From assembly GCF_009914755.1 (NCBI RefSeq), contig NC_060936.1: 64,000 nucleotides of DNA. The stretch is one strand, 5' to 3'. Both the position numbers and the translations under genes were made by a program. This document shows, piece by piece, positions 1 to 54,109 of the stretch. Source of the DNA: the human T2T-CHM13v2.0 reference genome, Homo sapiens. Position 1 is the first letter of the stretch; each line of letters opens with the position of its first letter. Under the pieces are notes generated by a model. It ran no database searches. It worked only from the letters and a program-made list of their open reading frames with translations, and was not told the origin of the DNA.

Positions 1-6278
<6,278 letters not shown>

Positions 6279-6743
6279 GGTACTGTGGCAGGCAGAAATG
6301 GGAGAAGGTGGCGTCGCGCGTGTCGGAGGGAACGGCAGAACGCACGCTTGGCGTATTATAGTGGGAAAGGGCACAGCCTCAACTCAGCACCCGCAACTCA
6401 CTCAGCACTCCCGACTCAGCACCCGCGACTCAAGCACCCCCGCTATCCCCCTGGAGGCCCGACCGAACGCCCTCCCACCTGAAACCCAGGTAGCGCACCC
6501 TTCTCCCCACGTCCCAGACCAGGTCAGTGCTGCCACTCTTCGTCCCCCAATTTCCTCTAGACCCACCAGAATGCGGGTTAATGTCCGAGAGTGCCCTTCG
6601 GGCGGCCCTCCACGTGCAATCCGGACCTAGCTTTCGGCCGGCACTCGCCACAGAATCGTTCCACGCAGGCGCACGGGTAGCGCTAGCCTCGCGGCCCCGC
6701 CTCTTCCTGTTGCGCCTAGTCGGCCGCCGCACCCGGAACTTAC

Positions 6744-6850
6744 GCTCGCCCTGGGAACGCCAGCGGAGCCGGCGGCGGCGAGTAGGGGGCAATTCGAAGG
6801 AGACGCGCAGCTTACACCCGCGGCGGGTGGAGGGAGCAATGTGACGAAAC
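6744..6850 (-). other. NOP2: NOP2 non-coding exon 1 (5' end approximate)
   Basis: GTAAGT donor at 6738-6743 inside the CpG island; exon 2 acceptor CAG lies 4 nt before the ATG (exon 2 starts at 6282). Confidence 0.7.
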
Positions 6851-7001
6851 CATTGAGCTTGACCGACCTTCCCTCATGGAGTTGGCTTTTAGCCTCACGG
6901 CCGGTTTCTGTTGGGTGAAAGCCGCACCTTCTCCTCGAACCAGGGCCCGACATTGGAGCCCTCTCCCTCGCATCCACTGCCCTAGTCCAGCGTCAAGATC
7001 A

Positions 7002-7790
<789 letters not shown>

Positions 7791-8442
7791 CCAGCACCTT
7801 CCTTGATGCTGACCCCTGCTCAGCCCCTCAATTAAGGTGCTGCACTGCACCTCATTCGCAGGGGGCCTCTTCGCCGGAACTCGCTTTCAGGTGGGTCTAC
7901 AATTAGTTGGGAAACAACGGGTTGCAAGGCTGACCTGGTCTGGGACATGAGAAGGGGTGAACTACAAGGGTTTCAAGGTTGGAGGACGTTAGGTCGGGCC
8001 TCCGGGGGTGTGGGATTGAGGCTGTGTTCTTCCACAAATTGCATCCCAATTTTGCACAACTTAGCAAGAAAACCCCCCTCAGCCTTCCTAGAAACTAACA
8101 TTAAGGTAGTGGTTAGGTGTTAAAACCGTTCCATGTACTTCACTGGTTTAACTTGACAACCGTATGAGGTATACATGAGATATCTGCATCCCACCAAAGT
8201 TAAACAACTTGCTCAAGGTCACAGAGCCATTAAGCGGCGGTGCCCGCAGTTTTGCAGCCTCTCATTTTCCACAGGTGGAAGTCAACGTTGGCAAGGCACA
8301 TACTGCACCCACACACAGAACCCAGTTACTCAGTGGGGTATCAGGACACCACGTAGCCCTTAATTTTCAACTATACAGGTGCCAGGCTCCTGCCGCACAC
8401 ACTCATCCACCTGCACCTACACCCACACTGAACCAGAGCACT

Positions 8443-9035
8443 AAAATACAAGGAAACTTTTATTTTCAATTTTCATCAAGAAATTTGCTGTGGTTTTTTA
8501 TGCTTTTGGTTTTTTCCTTTTTTTTTTTTTCCACTTTATTTCATTTAGCCGCTCAGTGGCTAGAGCCGCTGGGTTCCTGGTATTAAAAAGATGCCAACAG
8601 AGGTAGCTGTGTCTCGCCCAGGGGCCCAGCCCACTCTGAATACCCCCCAAAAAGGAGAAAAGAAAACACAAAATAAACCAACAAAATAAAACCAAAAGGA
8701 GGAAAAAATTCAGATCATTTTCTTCAAGCCTGGCAGGAACCCACAACAGTTTGTGTGTAACAGGCGTTACAGTGGGGAGAAGCCAGGGTCCAGAAGGCCA
8801 GCCCGCCAGCTCCTGCAGATGGCGCCAGCGCTACTGCTGCATGTCTCTTCTGCAGGAAGGGCACCACTGCCCCTCACTCCCTCCCCTCCCCCAGTGCACT
8901 GGGGCTGTTCCTTTACAACATGGAAGATGGGCAGAAGGAAGGTGAGGGTCTCTCAGGCCCCCAGGGGAGAAGCTGGGACAAGAGAAAGTGAGGAAGGTCA
9001 CTGCTCAGCGGTGGAGGTGGTATCAGTCTGCATCT
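8443..9035 (-). terminator. CHD4: CHD4 3' UTR with two AATAAA polyadenylation signals (8535-8540, 8459-8464)
   Basis: Both hexamers are present on the minus strand downstream of the TGA, with U-rich UTR tracts. Cleavage site is approximate. Confidence 0.8.
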
Positions 9036-44795
<35,760 letters not shown>

Positions 44796-45661
44796 CTACA
44801 CTGGCCCGAGTCACTGTGCGGGGGAGGGGGGAGAAACACAGAACAGTCAGTGACGCGCACTGTCCCCCTCCCCCACACCCACCCGCTCTTTCCGCCCCCC
44901 ACCCCAGCCACCCTAGCAGGGCACCCGAACCGCTCAGGCTGAACTTAGTTCCACACTCCTCGGGGGCAGCCCGGAAGCCGGCTCCCCGGCAGGCGCCCCC
45001 ACGGAGCGAGGGAGCGACGCCTCCGAGGGCAGGCTGGTGCAAGCGCGGGGAGGGGAGACGCGGGGCTGGACCGAGCGGGGTGTGACGGGGGAGGGGGTCC
45101 GAGTGGCAGCGGCGCGGGGGGGCCAGGGGAGGCCGCAGGCGGCGAGGCGCTCGGGGACACAAGGTCACTTGGGGGTGGGGGGGCGCCTCCCTGCGCCCGG
45201 GGAGGGGCCAGTCCCCAGACAGGGCAGCTCTCCAAAGGCTGTCCTCTGGGACAACTCAGGTTCTCCTCAAGAGCTGCGGGGACGAGGGGGCGTGGAGGCT
45301 CGGGCGCTGCGGGGGGCCGGAGGCAGGGACGCGGGGGGCGAAAGCGTCCCACCGGGAAGGGGGCCGGGCCACGTGTCCCGGGGGGCAAGTGATCAAAGGG
45401 CGAGGGGGTGGGCGCCGGGCATTGTGGGAGACCAAGCCGGAGGCGGGGGGTCGCGGGGAGCAAGACTCCGGCAGGGTTAGGGCGGGGGCTGGGGAGGAGG
45501 CCGGGCGCCCTGCAGGGCCAGGAAAGGAAGGGTCGGCTCCTCTGGGCAAGGGGCGGTCCGCGGGTCCGGAGACGCCTGAGGAAGGGGCGGGTGACGGGAT
45601 GACCCTCGGGGCTGGTAGGGCCGTGAGGGGCGTCTCTTTGGGAACCCCGCGCTCTCCTCAC

Positions 45662-45745
45662 CCCGGAGCCGCCGCAGGTCGCGCTGGGTCCGGCTCGGTG
45701 TCACTCCCGCTCCGGCTCCTCCTCGCCGCGGCCGAAGGGGGGAAA
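45662..45745 (-). other. CHD4: CHD4 non-coding exon 1 (TSS approximate); exon 2 begins at 44813
   Basis: GTGAG donor at 45657-45661; YY1-like GCCATTTT at 45743-45750 with TTTAAG about 25-30 bp upstream; exon 2 acceptor ACAG ends at 44814. Confidence 0.75.
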
Positions 45746-45955
45746 ATGGCTCCGGCTCCAGCGTCGCCTCTTAAAGGGCCTGAAACACCGGCCGGGAAAT
45801 CCCACCGCACAGGCCCCGCCCCCCCACGGACAGCCCATAATAACCTCAACCAACTCCAACCCCCCCCTTCCACTACCGCCACCCTCCTCCCCAGGTCTCC
45901 CGGGCAACCCCCGCCCCCTCGTCGCTCAGGCAACCACTGGCCACGCCCCCTTCGA

Positions 45956-45972
45956 GCGCGCGCGCGCGCGCG
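45956..45972. repeat. (GC)8 alternating tract
   Basis: gcgcgcgcgcgcgcgcg seen directly. Confidence 0.9.
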
Positions 45973-46030
45973 TCACCTGGGCAACCGCCCACCTCCTGGC
46001 CATCCCATAATACACACGGACACCCCCCCC

Positions 46031-46031
<1 letters not shown>

Positions 46032-46071
<40 letters not shown>

Positions 46072-46082
46072 CACACACACAC
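46032..46082. repeat. (CA)n microsatellite
   Basis: Seen directly, with one interruption. Confidence 0.95.
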
Positions 46083-47993
46083 CCTGCCCCCCCACATTTC
46101 ATACACATATGCCAGAGACTGCTGACATCTCAAAATATTGCAGACCTTTTGCAACTAACCCTCTTAGACATCCCATAATAGACATCCTTTGCCAACTTCT
46201 TCTTCACTCTTGGACCTAATGCTAACATCCCATAATAATTCATCACCCCTCCCTCCCCATGGCCATCCCATAATAAGCACCCCTCGCAGCACTTATGCCT
46301 CATATCCCATAATATTCAGCCCCATCCCCCACAGACATCCCATAATAACCATCCTTCATCCACCCCCAGTTTGATATCCCATAATAGTCAGAAACTCACC
46401 CCCCCCCATACTACAACAACGGACACTCGGCCTCCTCCCACACACATCCCGTAATAATCAGTCTCCCACTTTCTATACTGACATCCCATAATAACTAACC
46501 CCCTAGAGCTGCCCTCAGTCCCTGCAGGCCAGGGTCTAGAGGCTCACATCACCCCCAGCCTTCCCTCTTCTAGCTCCACAGCCTATAGTAAGTACCCCTC
46601 CTCTATCAAAAAGATAACCCATAATGATCAACAGCCCTACTGTCGCCCCACAGATGGACATCTAATCTCTTTTCCTCTAACACTGGAAAGCTATCCCATA
46701 ATAATTTTACTCTCCTACCCACATCCTGACATCCCATAATAATTGCAAGGAGCCCGTGGTCAACCAAACATACCATAATACTCCCAACACAACCCAGTGT
46801 CACATCCCATAATGCTTCATCTCCACTCTACCACCCCTATACCCTTCGAGCCAGGCATCCCATAATATTCATATTCTTCCCACCCCCATCTCCAGGCGCT
46901 GTCAGTCTATTCTAACACCCAGAGCAGGGAGGGCCAGGCAGGCTACCCACGCTTCCTTGTCCCCGCCCCCACTTGCACACACCTTAATCCCTTTCTGGGC
47001 CAAAGTAGTATCCTGGCAAAAAGCCTCCTGATGTCTGGGACCCCAGCTTCCCTCATACCATCATTTCCAGACACTCGGGGGCTGGGAGCCCACCTAGGGC
47101 CCCACCCAGTCCCACCAAAATCTAGGTATTTTCCAGATGCTTACCTCCAGCTCCTAAGTTTTGAGGAACACCAACCAACCAAAATACCAAGCTGACAGAT
47201 GAAACATTTACATGAAGTCTAATTCACCCTACAGCATCCCATAATAATTACCAACTCCCATCCAAAGACTATCTCTCAACATTCTAGCAATCCTCCCCCT
47301 CACCACATCCCCAGGTCAGGGATCTTTCACCAACACCCCCAGGCCATTCCTGGGGATGGACATCCCATCACGATGTGAACTCAGGTTCCTGCTCTATACA
47401 CACCAAGAGTGAAGGCCTGCCCTCCCGCTACTCACCACTACTCATGTTCATTCAACCTGTGTTGACAGAGTACCTAGCAAGGCCGAGCTCCGCACCATGG
47501 AGAATCAAGGAAGACCAGGGGGCCTCCCTTCAAAAAGCATAAGCAACCAAGCAAACTATGATACACGACAGAATGGTGCCAAGGGAGAACTGCTGAGCAC
47601 TGTTTCCCAATTTCCTGTTACAGAAAATAAAATCCCACTGGTTCCAAGAGAGAACATATCCCAATAAGATTTATCGTGGTCCTTCTAGAGGCTGGAAGAT
47701 GATACTTAAAGGATTTATGGGTATAGACCATAGTCAACATGATCTCCTATCTGTTCCCTACTTACTAGGGGATTTTTCTTGGAAAGCAATGTTCATCCAT
47801 CCAGCATTCCTAATACTGAAATCCTATAATATGTTCATGTCCTTCCTTCTTAAGAGACTCCACAATATACCAGCATTGTTTCCCTCATTCTTGAACACCA
47901 AATCCTGCTTATCCTCAATGTCCCATATTTTTCAGGCACTTTCCCATTTTATATCCTGAAGTCTCATAGTATCTCCAATGGCCTCCATCCTCA

Positions 47994-48149
<156 letters not shown>

Positions 48150-48755
48150 TCACAAGGTCAGGAGTTCAAGACCAGCCTGGCCAAAATGGTGAAACCCCGT
48201 CTCTACTAAACATACAAAAATTAGCCTGACATGGTGGCACGTGCCTGTAATCCTAGCTACTCAAGGGCTGAGGCAGGAGAATTGCTTGAACCCAGGAGGT
48301 AGAGGTTGCAGGGAGCTGAGATTGCACCACTGCACTACAGCCTGGGCAACAGAGCAAGACTCTGCCTCAGAAAAAAAAAAAAAAAAAAAGAAGTCAGCAG
48401 TCCAGGAAACCTTCTACATTGAATTATGCCCCAAGGTAGCCCTCCAGCGTATACCATCTCCTTCCCTTATTATGCATACCCTCCAGCCACCCTATGGACC
48501 CAATCCTAGAAGCTGAAATAACCGAATTTTTTTTGTTTTGTTTTTTGTTTTTTTGAGAGACAGGGTCTCAGTGGCGCAATCACAGCTCACTGCAACCTCA
48601 ACCTCCTGGGCTCAAGTGATCATCCCACCTCAGCCTCCCACCTGTAGCTGGAACCACGGGCATACACCACCACACCCAGCTAATTTTTAAATTTATTGTA
48701 GAGACGGGGTTTCACTATGTTGCCAGGCTGATCTTGAACTTCTGGACTCAAGTGA

Positions 48756-48964
<209 letters not shown>

Positions 48965-50883
48965 TAGTAGAGACGGGGTTTCTCCATATTGGTCAGGCTG
49001 GTCTCGAACGCCCAAACTCAGGTGATCCGCCCGCCTCGGCCTCCCAAAGTGCTGGGATTACAGGCGTGAGCCACTGCGCCTGGCCAGGAAAGAGCCCAAT
49101 CTTAAAACCCTTTGGCCCTCAGAAAACCTAACCCATCAGCCTGTCACTTTTCCCTTTTCCTGACTCCCAGAGATTCAGGACCTGAGTGAAAACCAATGTC
49201 CCAGCACCACTGCCTTGCTGCCCTAACCCCAGGCCAAGGATAATGTCTCCCTCTGCTCATGTACCTTTTTTGCATGGGTCCAAGACCTATGGAAGTGGGA
49301 CGAGTTGAAAAGAAACTTGGACTTCCTTGTAGAAAGGGCCCTTTACTAACCAGTAGTGAGTGGGATGAACCTCATGCCATCTCTGCATTACCCTTCTCAT
49401 CTCATTTTCCTAGAGGAAGGCCTGGCCAGATGGCTCTCCCCTTCTCTAGGATCCAAGGGACTGGAGAACTGGTACAAAGAAATGAGTTCAGGGAAGGCAA
49501 GAGCTTGCCTCAGGGAATTACAATCCCCCTGCTCCTGAGCAGAGCACCAGGGATGCAGACAAGTCTTCCGCTAGCTCCTGGCTGACTCTGTAGACCCACT
49601 AGCATTCCACATTTAACTCTCCTCATCTTAGGACTGGAGTTTTTGGCATCAAAGACATCAGGTCCTGTCAAAAGCTCCCTGTCACCTTTGAAGTAGGTGT
49701 TTTCTTTTTCCAACCTTCCCTTCAGCTCCCTGGCCCACCCTCTTGCTGCACTCATTGTGGCAAGCGGGCCATTCTCCCCCGTTCTGCAAGGCTTCCAGTT
49801 TCCCTCGTTAAATGCTCTCGACATCAAGACTGGGCCCCATTTACTTACCCAAGCCCTCTCCCATACTTACTCTGAGTACTAAGAATGAAACTTGTGTTCC
49901 ACAATGGGGGGTGAGGAGGCAGCTCTTTTCAGATACCATGATGTGGGGACACCTCCTTTCAGGGAAGTTTCTCCTTCCTACAGAGGGCTGCCAGATGCCT
50001 ATTGTGCGCTCTTCTACCCTCATTTCTCCAGGGGATCCAGCCTGTCTCTGGGCCTCAAATTCCCTTCTGCAATATCTCCATCTGCCCATACCCATACTCT
50101 CATTTCCACAGTGATCTGTCCATATAAACCAGTAAGAGAGCGTTTGGGTAGTCACAGCCTCCTGCCTGTGACTAAAAATATCCACATTTTATTTATCCAT
50201 ATATCCTTTGTCCACTACTCACCCTGTGTCCCTATTCCTGTAGGTTCTACCCACTTCTTCCTTTGCTGCTCTTGCTCCCCACCTCTCCCTAACACCACAA
50301 CAAGGAGAAAGTTAAAATCCCTTCCTCTCTTCTTGAGTTCCAGAAAGGGCTCGGAGGTGTGTGCTGGTGTGTTGCTTTGTAGTCCTTATGCTTCTACGCT
50401 TCCCCTCCCTCCTCTAGCCCCGTGCTACCCTCCCAGATAAATTATAAATAAACCACTAGCATGACTGGCCCAGGGAGACTAAGGGTGGCATAATCTCCTA
50501 ATTAATGCACCCAGGAGGGCAGCCTCTCTAGCCAGTTACCTTAGAGTTCTGTTTTCATCCCATGGTACAGAAGAACCTAGAACAACACTCAGAGTGGGTT
50601 GTTCATGGAGTTTTTAGCATTTGCTCTATAATTCCTCTCCTTACACCTCTGTTTTGTGTGAACCTGAAAAACTCTGTTCATAAGAGGTCCAAGGGGCCAC
50701 AGTGTTCTCCTGCTCTGTCTGAAAAGGGGATTTTGGGAGACAACGAGGGAAGCAAAGCCACAGTGACAGTGCACTCCAAAGGCTAGACAGGATGCAGATC
50801 ACGTGGGGCTTGGGGGTGACATGCCAGGTGTTTGTATCTCAGGAGGCAACCTACTATCTGTTTTTTGGGTGTGACTGCAAGGT

Positions 50884-50985
50884 AGCAAAGCGCTCCGTGC
50901 ACAACCCCCCAACCTAAGCAAAGTGCTCCGTGCACAACCCCCCAACCTAAGCAAAGTGCTCCGTGCACAATCCCCCAACCTGAGC
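50884..50985. repeat. 33-bp minisatellite, 3 copies (AGCAAAGTGCTCCGTGCACAACCCCCCAACCTA)
   Basis: Units start at 50884, 50917 and 50950, with 1-2 mismatches each relative to the middle unit. Confidence 0.95.
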
Positions 50986-51402
50986 TATGGTCCCCAGGCT
51001 CAAACCCAGGAAGACAAAGATGGAAGGGAGACGGGTACTATCGCCATCCATGACTACTACTCCCTTTGGTATGCCACCCGGCCAGAACATCTCAGTTCTC
51101 ATTTGCAGTGCAGCTCTGCAGGCCCCGGACTCACAGGGCAACCCTGTAGCGCACAAGCTGTTTAAAGGACCCAGGTGTCCAGGGTTCAGATTTGGCTCGC
51201 TGGAGCCTGCCCCAGGGGCCCCTTCAAACAGCTGTCACCAAAGAAACCTCTCCAGCCAGTTACTCCTGCCAGGCCTCAGGTCCGACTCCAGGGCTCACCC
51301 TACCCTCCCCAGCTCCTTCCCTCCCTCTTCCTTCCCTCCCCCTCCCCACCCCTCCCTAGAGTTTCACCTCTCCTGGACAGCCCCACCCAGCTGTGCAGGG
51401 CA

Positions 51403-52420
51403 CATCCCATAATAATCCTCCTCGCTAGCCTTACCCCCCCAAAAAAAGAGAGGCGGCCATCCCATAATAGCCACCCACAAGAGACATTCCGCGGTGACCG
51501 CCCCCTCCCTGCAGAGCTGCTGGGAGCAGCCATCCCATAATAGCTGGCCGCCTGTTTTACTGGTTACGGCTGTGGAGGGAGCTGGAGAGGAAATGGAGGG
51601 GAGGGGGGAGGGGAGAAAGATCCAGGGCCCCCACTTTGTGGGATGCAGGGAGAAGGGGAAGGACGGTGGTATAAGGGGCTAGGGTGCAGAGGAGGCCGTC
51701 GTGCAGGTGGAAGGTGTGATCCACTGGCCACCACCACCCTGCTTTAGGGCTTTCTCCCCATTCGCCAGGGGCTACTTTTCTCCTCAGCACCCCGGAGGTG
51801 GCTGCTAGTTAGGGGAGAAGCCCGGGATGGGTTGAGGTGCCCAAAGTCTGTGTGTGTAGGGAGATGGGTTTCAGGTGTTCCTCTTGGGGAGTCTGAGAGA
51901 GGACGGTGACCTTAGAAAGGATGGTAGGCGAGTAAGGGTTGAGGAGGTGGGGGGGCTGGAGAAGAGCTCCTCAGGCCCTCCCCATTCTGCACCACCATCC
52001 CATAATAATCCCCCCAGCCCCACTCCCCCTCCCACACACGACATCCCATAATATCTTCTGGAGAAGCAGTCCCCGCAGTAGGTACAAAGAGCTATCCCAT
52101 AATAAGCTCCCCCACCCCCACTCACCACCCCCCCCAACTTGGCCCCCCCTCAGTCACATGCAGCCGGTGCCATCCCCCGCTGCTCCCCCCTCTGGCCACC
52201 GAAGGCCTTGCCAGCCCATAATACTCTTGCCTCTGGTCGCAGGAGGCCTCCAGCCCATAATACTCCCTTCCACCACCACCCCCCCTTCCCGCCCCGCACC
52301 CCTTCCTCCCGCCTCCAGTTGGAGCCGGGCCTCACCAACCCATAATATTCCCCAGTCTCCTAAGGCTGTTCCAGCCCATAATACTCTCCCTGTCTCCTAA
52401 GGCCTCTCCATCCCATAATA
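51403..52420 (+). promoter_or_regulatory. Distal (about -6 kb) CHD4 enhancer: cluster of 11 CCCATAATA (ZNF410-type) motifs
   Basis: Copies start at 51403, 51458, 51531, 51996, 52042, 52093, 52212, 52251, 52336, 52372, 52409; same orientation as the proximal cluster. Confidence 0.92.
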
Positions 52421-52999
52421 CTGCCAGACGCCTGACCTGTGGGCCAAACCCCAGCCAGTTCCACACATCGAGGCTGTGTCAGCGCCGCAGGCCTCCCTCC
52501 CTGTCCCTCCTCCCTCCCTGGTCGGCGCTTTCCCTCCCAGGCTTTCTCCCGCCCTCCTGCCCTGGGCCCCTCTCCCAGCCCCACCCCGTGCCTGCCTGGG
52601 CCCTCGCTTCCCCTCCAGCCTCCTCCCTTGCCCTTTCTCCATTGCTTGGTTCTCCAGCCAGCTTCCCCCTGTCTTGCACTTTCCTACCTCCTCCTTGGTC
52701 TGTGGGATGGACATGGGCCTAGTGGGGAGAGAGTGCCCCCAGAGGGCAACAGGCCAGTCGCTGCCCCTAAAGACTGCCTGCTTGACCTAGCACCGTGGAA
52801 ACCTGCCCAGCCTGCCTTGCTCACCACCTCCCGTGGTCCTACGTCTGATTGCTGGCAGAGCTCTGTCTGGGTGAGGAAAGAGCCCTTCAGGTCTTCGGGA
52901 AACACTCCCCTTGGGCATCACTGGCAGAGTTGATCAATGGCCTCGCCTCCCCATGCTCTTGTTGGAAAGAAGGAGCTCCCACTTATGGGGCATCTAGAG

Positions 53000-53180
53000 T
53001 ACCTTTCAAAGGTGGGCTCCTTGACCCTCACAATAACCCAATAAGTGGATATTATGAGCCCCATTTCACAGAGAAATGGGAGAAAACAGAGGCTCAGAGA
53101 GGTCAAGAAATTTGTTGAAGCCACATTGCCAAGAAGTGAGAGAGTTGAAATTAATGCCCAGATTTGTTTGATTCCAAAGT
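53000..53180 (-). mobile_element. MIR fragment
   Basis: ccccatttcacaga...gaaaacagaggctcagagaggtcaag MIR core. Confidence 0.7.
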
Positions 53181-53447
53181 TCTGGAGCCTTTGGGATTCC
53201 CCAAACCCTGAGTGAGAAAGTTCACCTTCCAGGACTTTCCGTGCTCCTCTGGCAAGGACAACATGGTGAGAATTACCCCAACTTGTCCAGGGCCTTCCTG
53301 TGTGAGATTAACCTTCCGTTCCCCGTTTCTTCCATGGGACTCCAGGTGGCAGCCTCGAGGGAATTCCATCTTCAGGATGGTTGAGGACCAAGAAGGAAGA
53401 ATCTCTGCCCTCCTTTGATATCCCTTACCTCTGCCCTGGCTCTCCTA

Positions 53448-53777
<330 letters not shown>

Positions 53778-53875
53778 TTAAGGCCAGGAGCGGTGGCTCA
53801 TGCCTGTAATCCCAGCATTTTGGGAGGCCGAGGTGGGCGGATCATGAGGTCAGGAGACGGAGACCATCCTGGCTA

Positions 53876-54109
<234 letters not shown>

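Larger units (their letters stand above)
45831..46867 (+). promoter_or_regulatory. Proximal homotypic cluster of CATCCCATAATA (ZNF410-type) motifs, 16 copies
   Basis: Copies start at 45831, 46001, 46169, 46226, 46264, 46303, 46336, 46375, 46445, 46482, 46615, 46692, 46730, 46769, 46803, 46856 (four are variants of the CCCATAATA core); all in the same orientation. Confidence 0.93.

Noticed and set aside
6352-6368. TATTATAGTGGGA in NOP2 intron 1 resembling the array motif
   Set aside because: Needs a 2-nt insertion to match and is isolated.
8518-8530. A-run after the proximal CHD4 AATAAA as evidence of a polyA site or processed copy
   Set aside because: It is a genomic A-tract within the UTR and an internal-priming risk, not evidence of cleavage.
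50783-50968. ORF with repeated HGALCLGWGVV
   Set aside because: Simply the 33-bp minisatellite translated.
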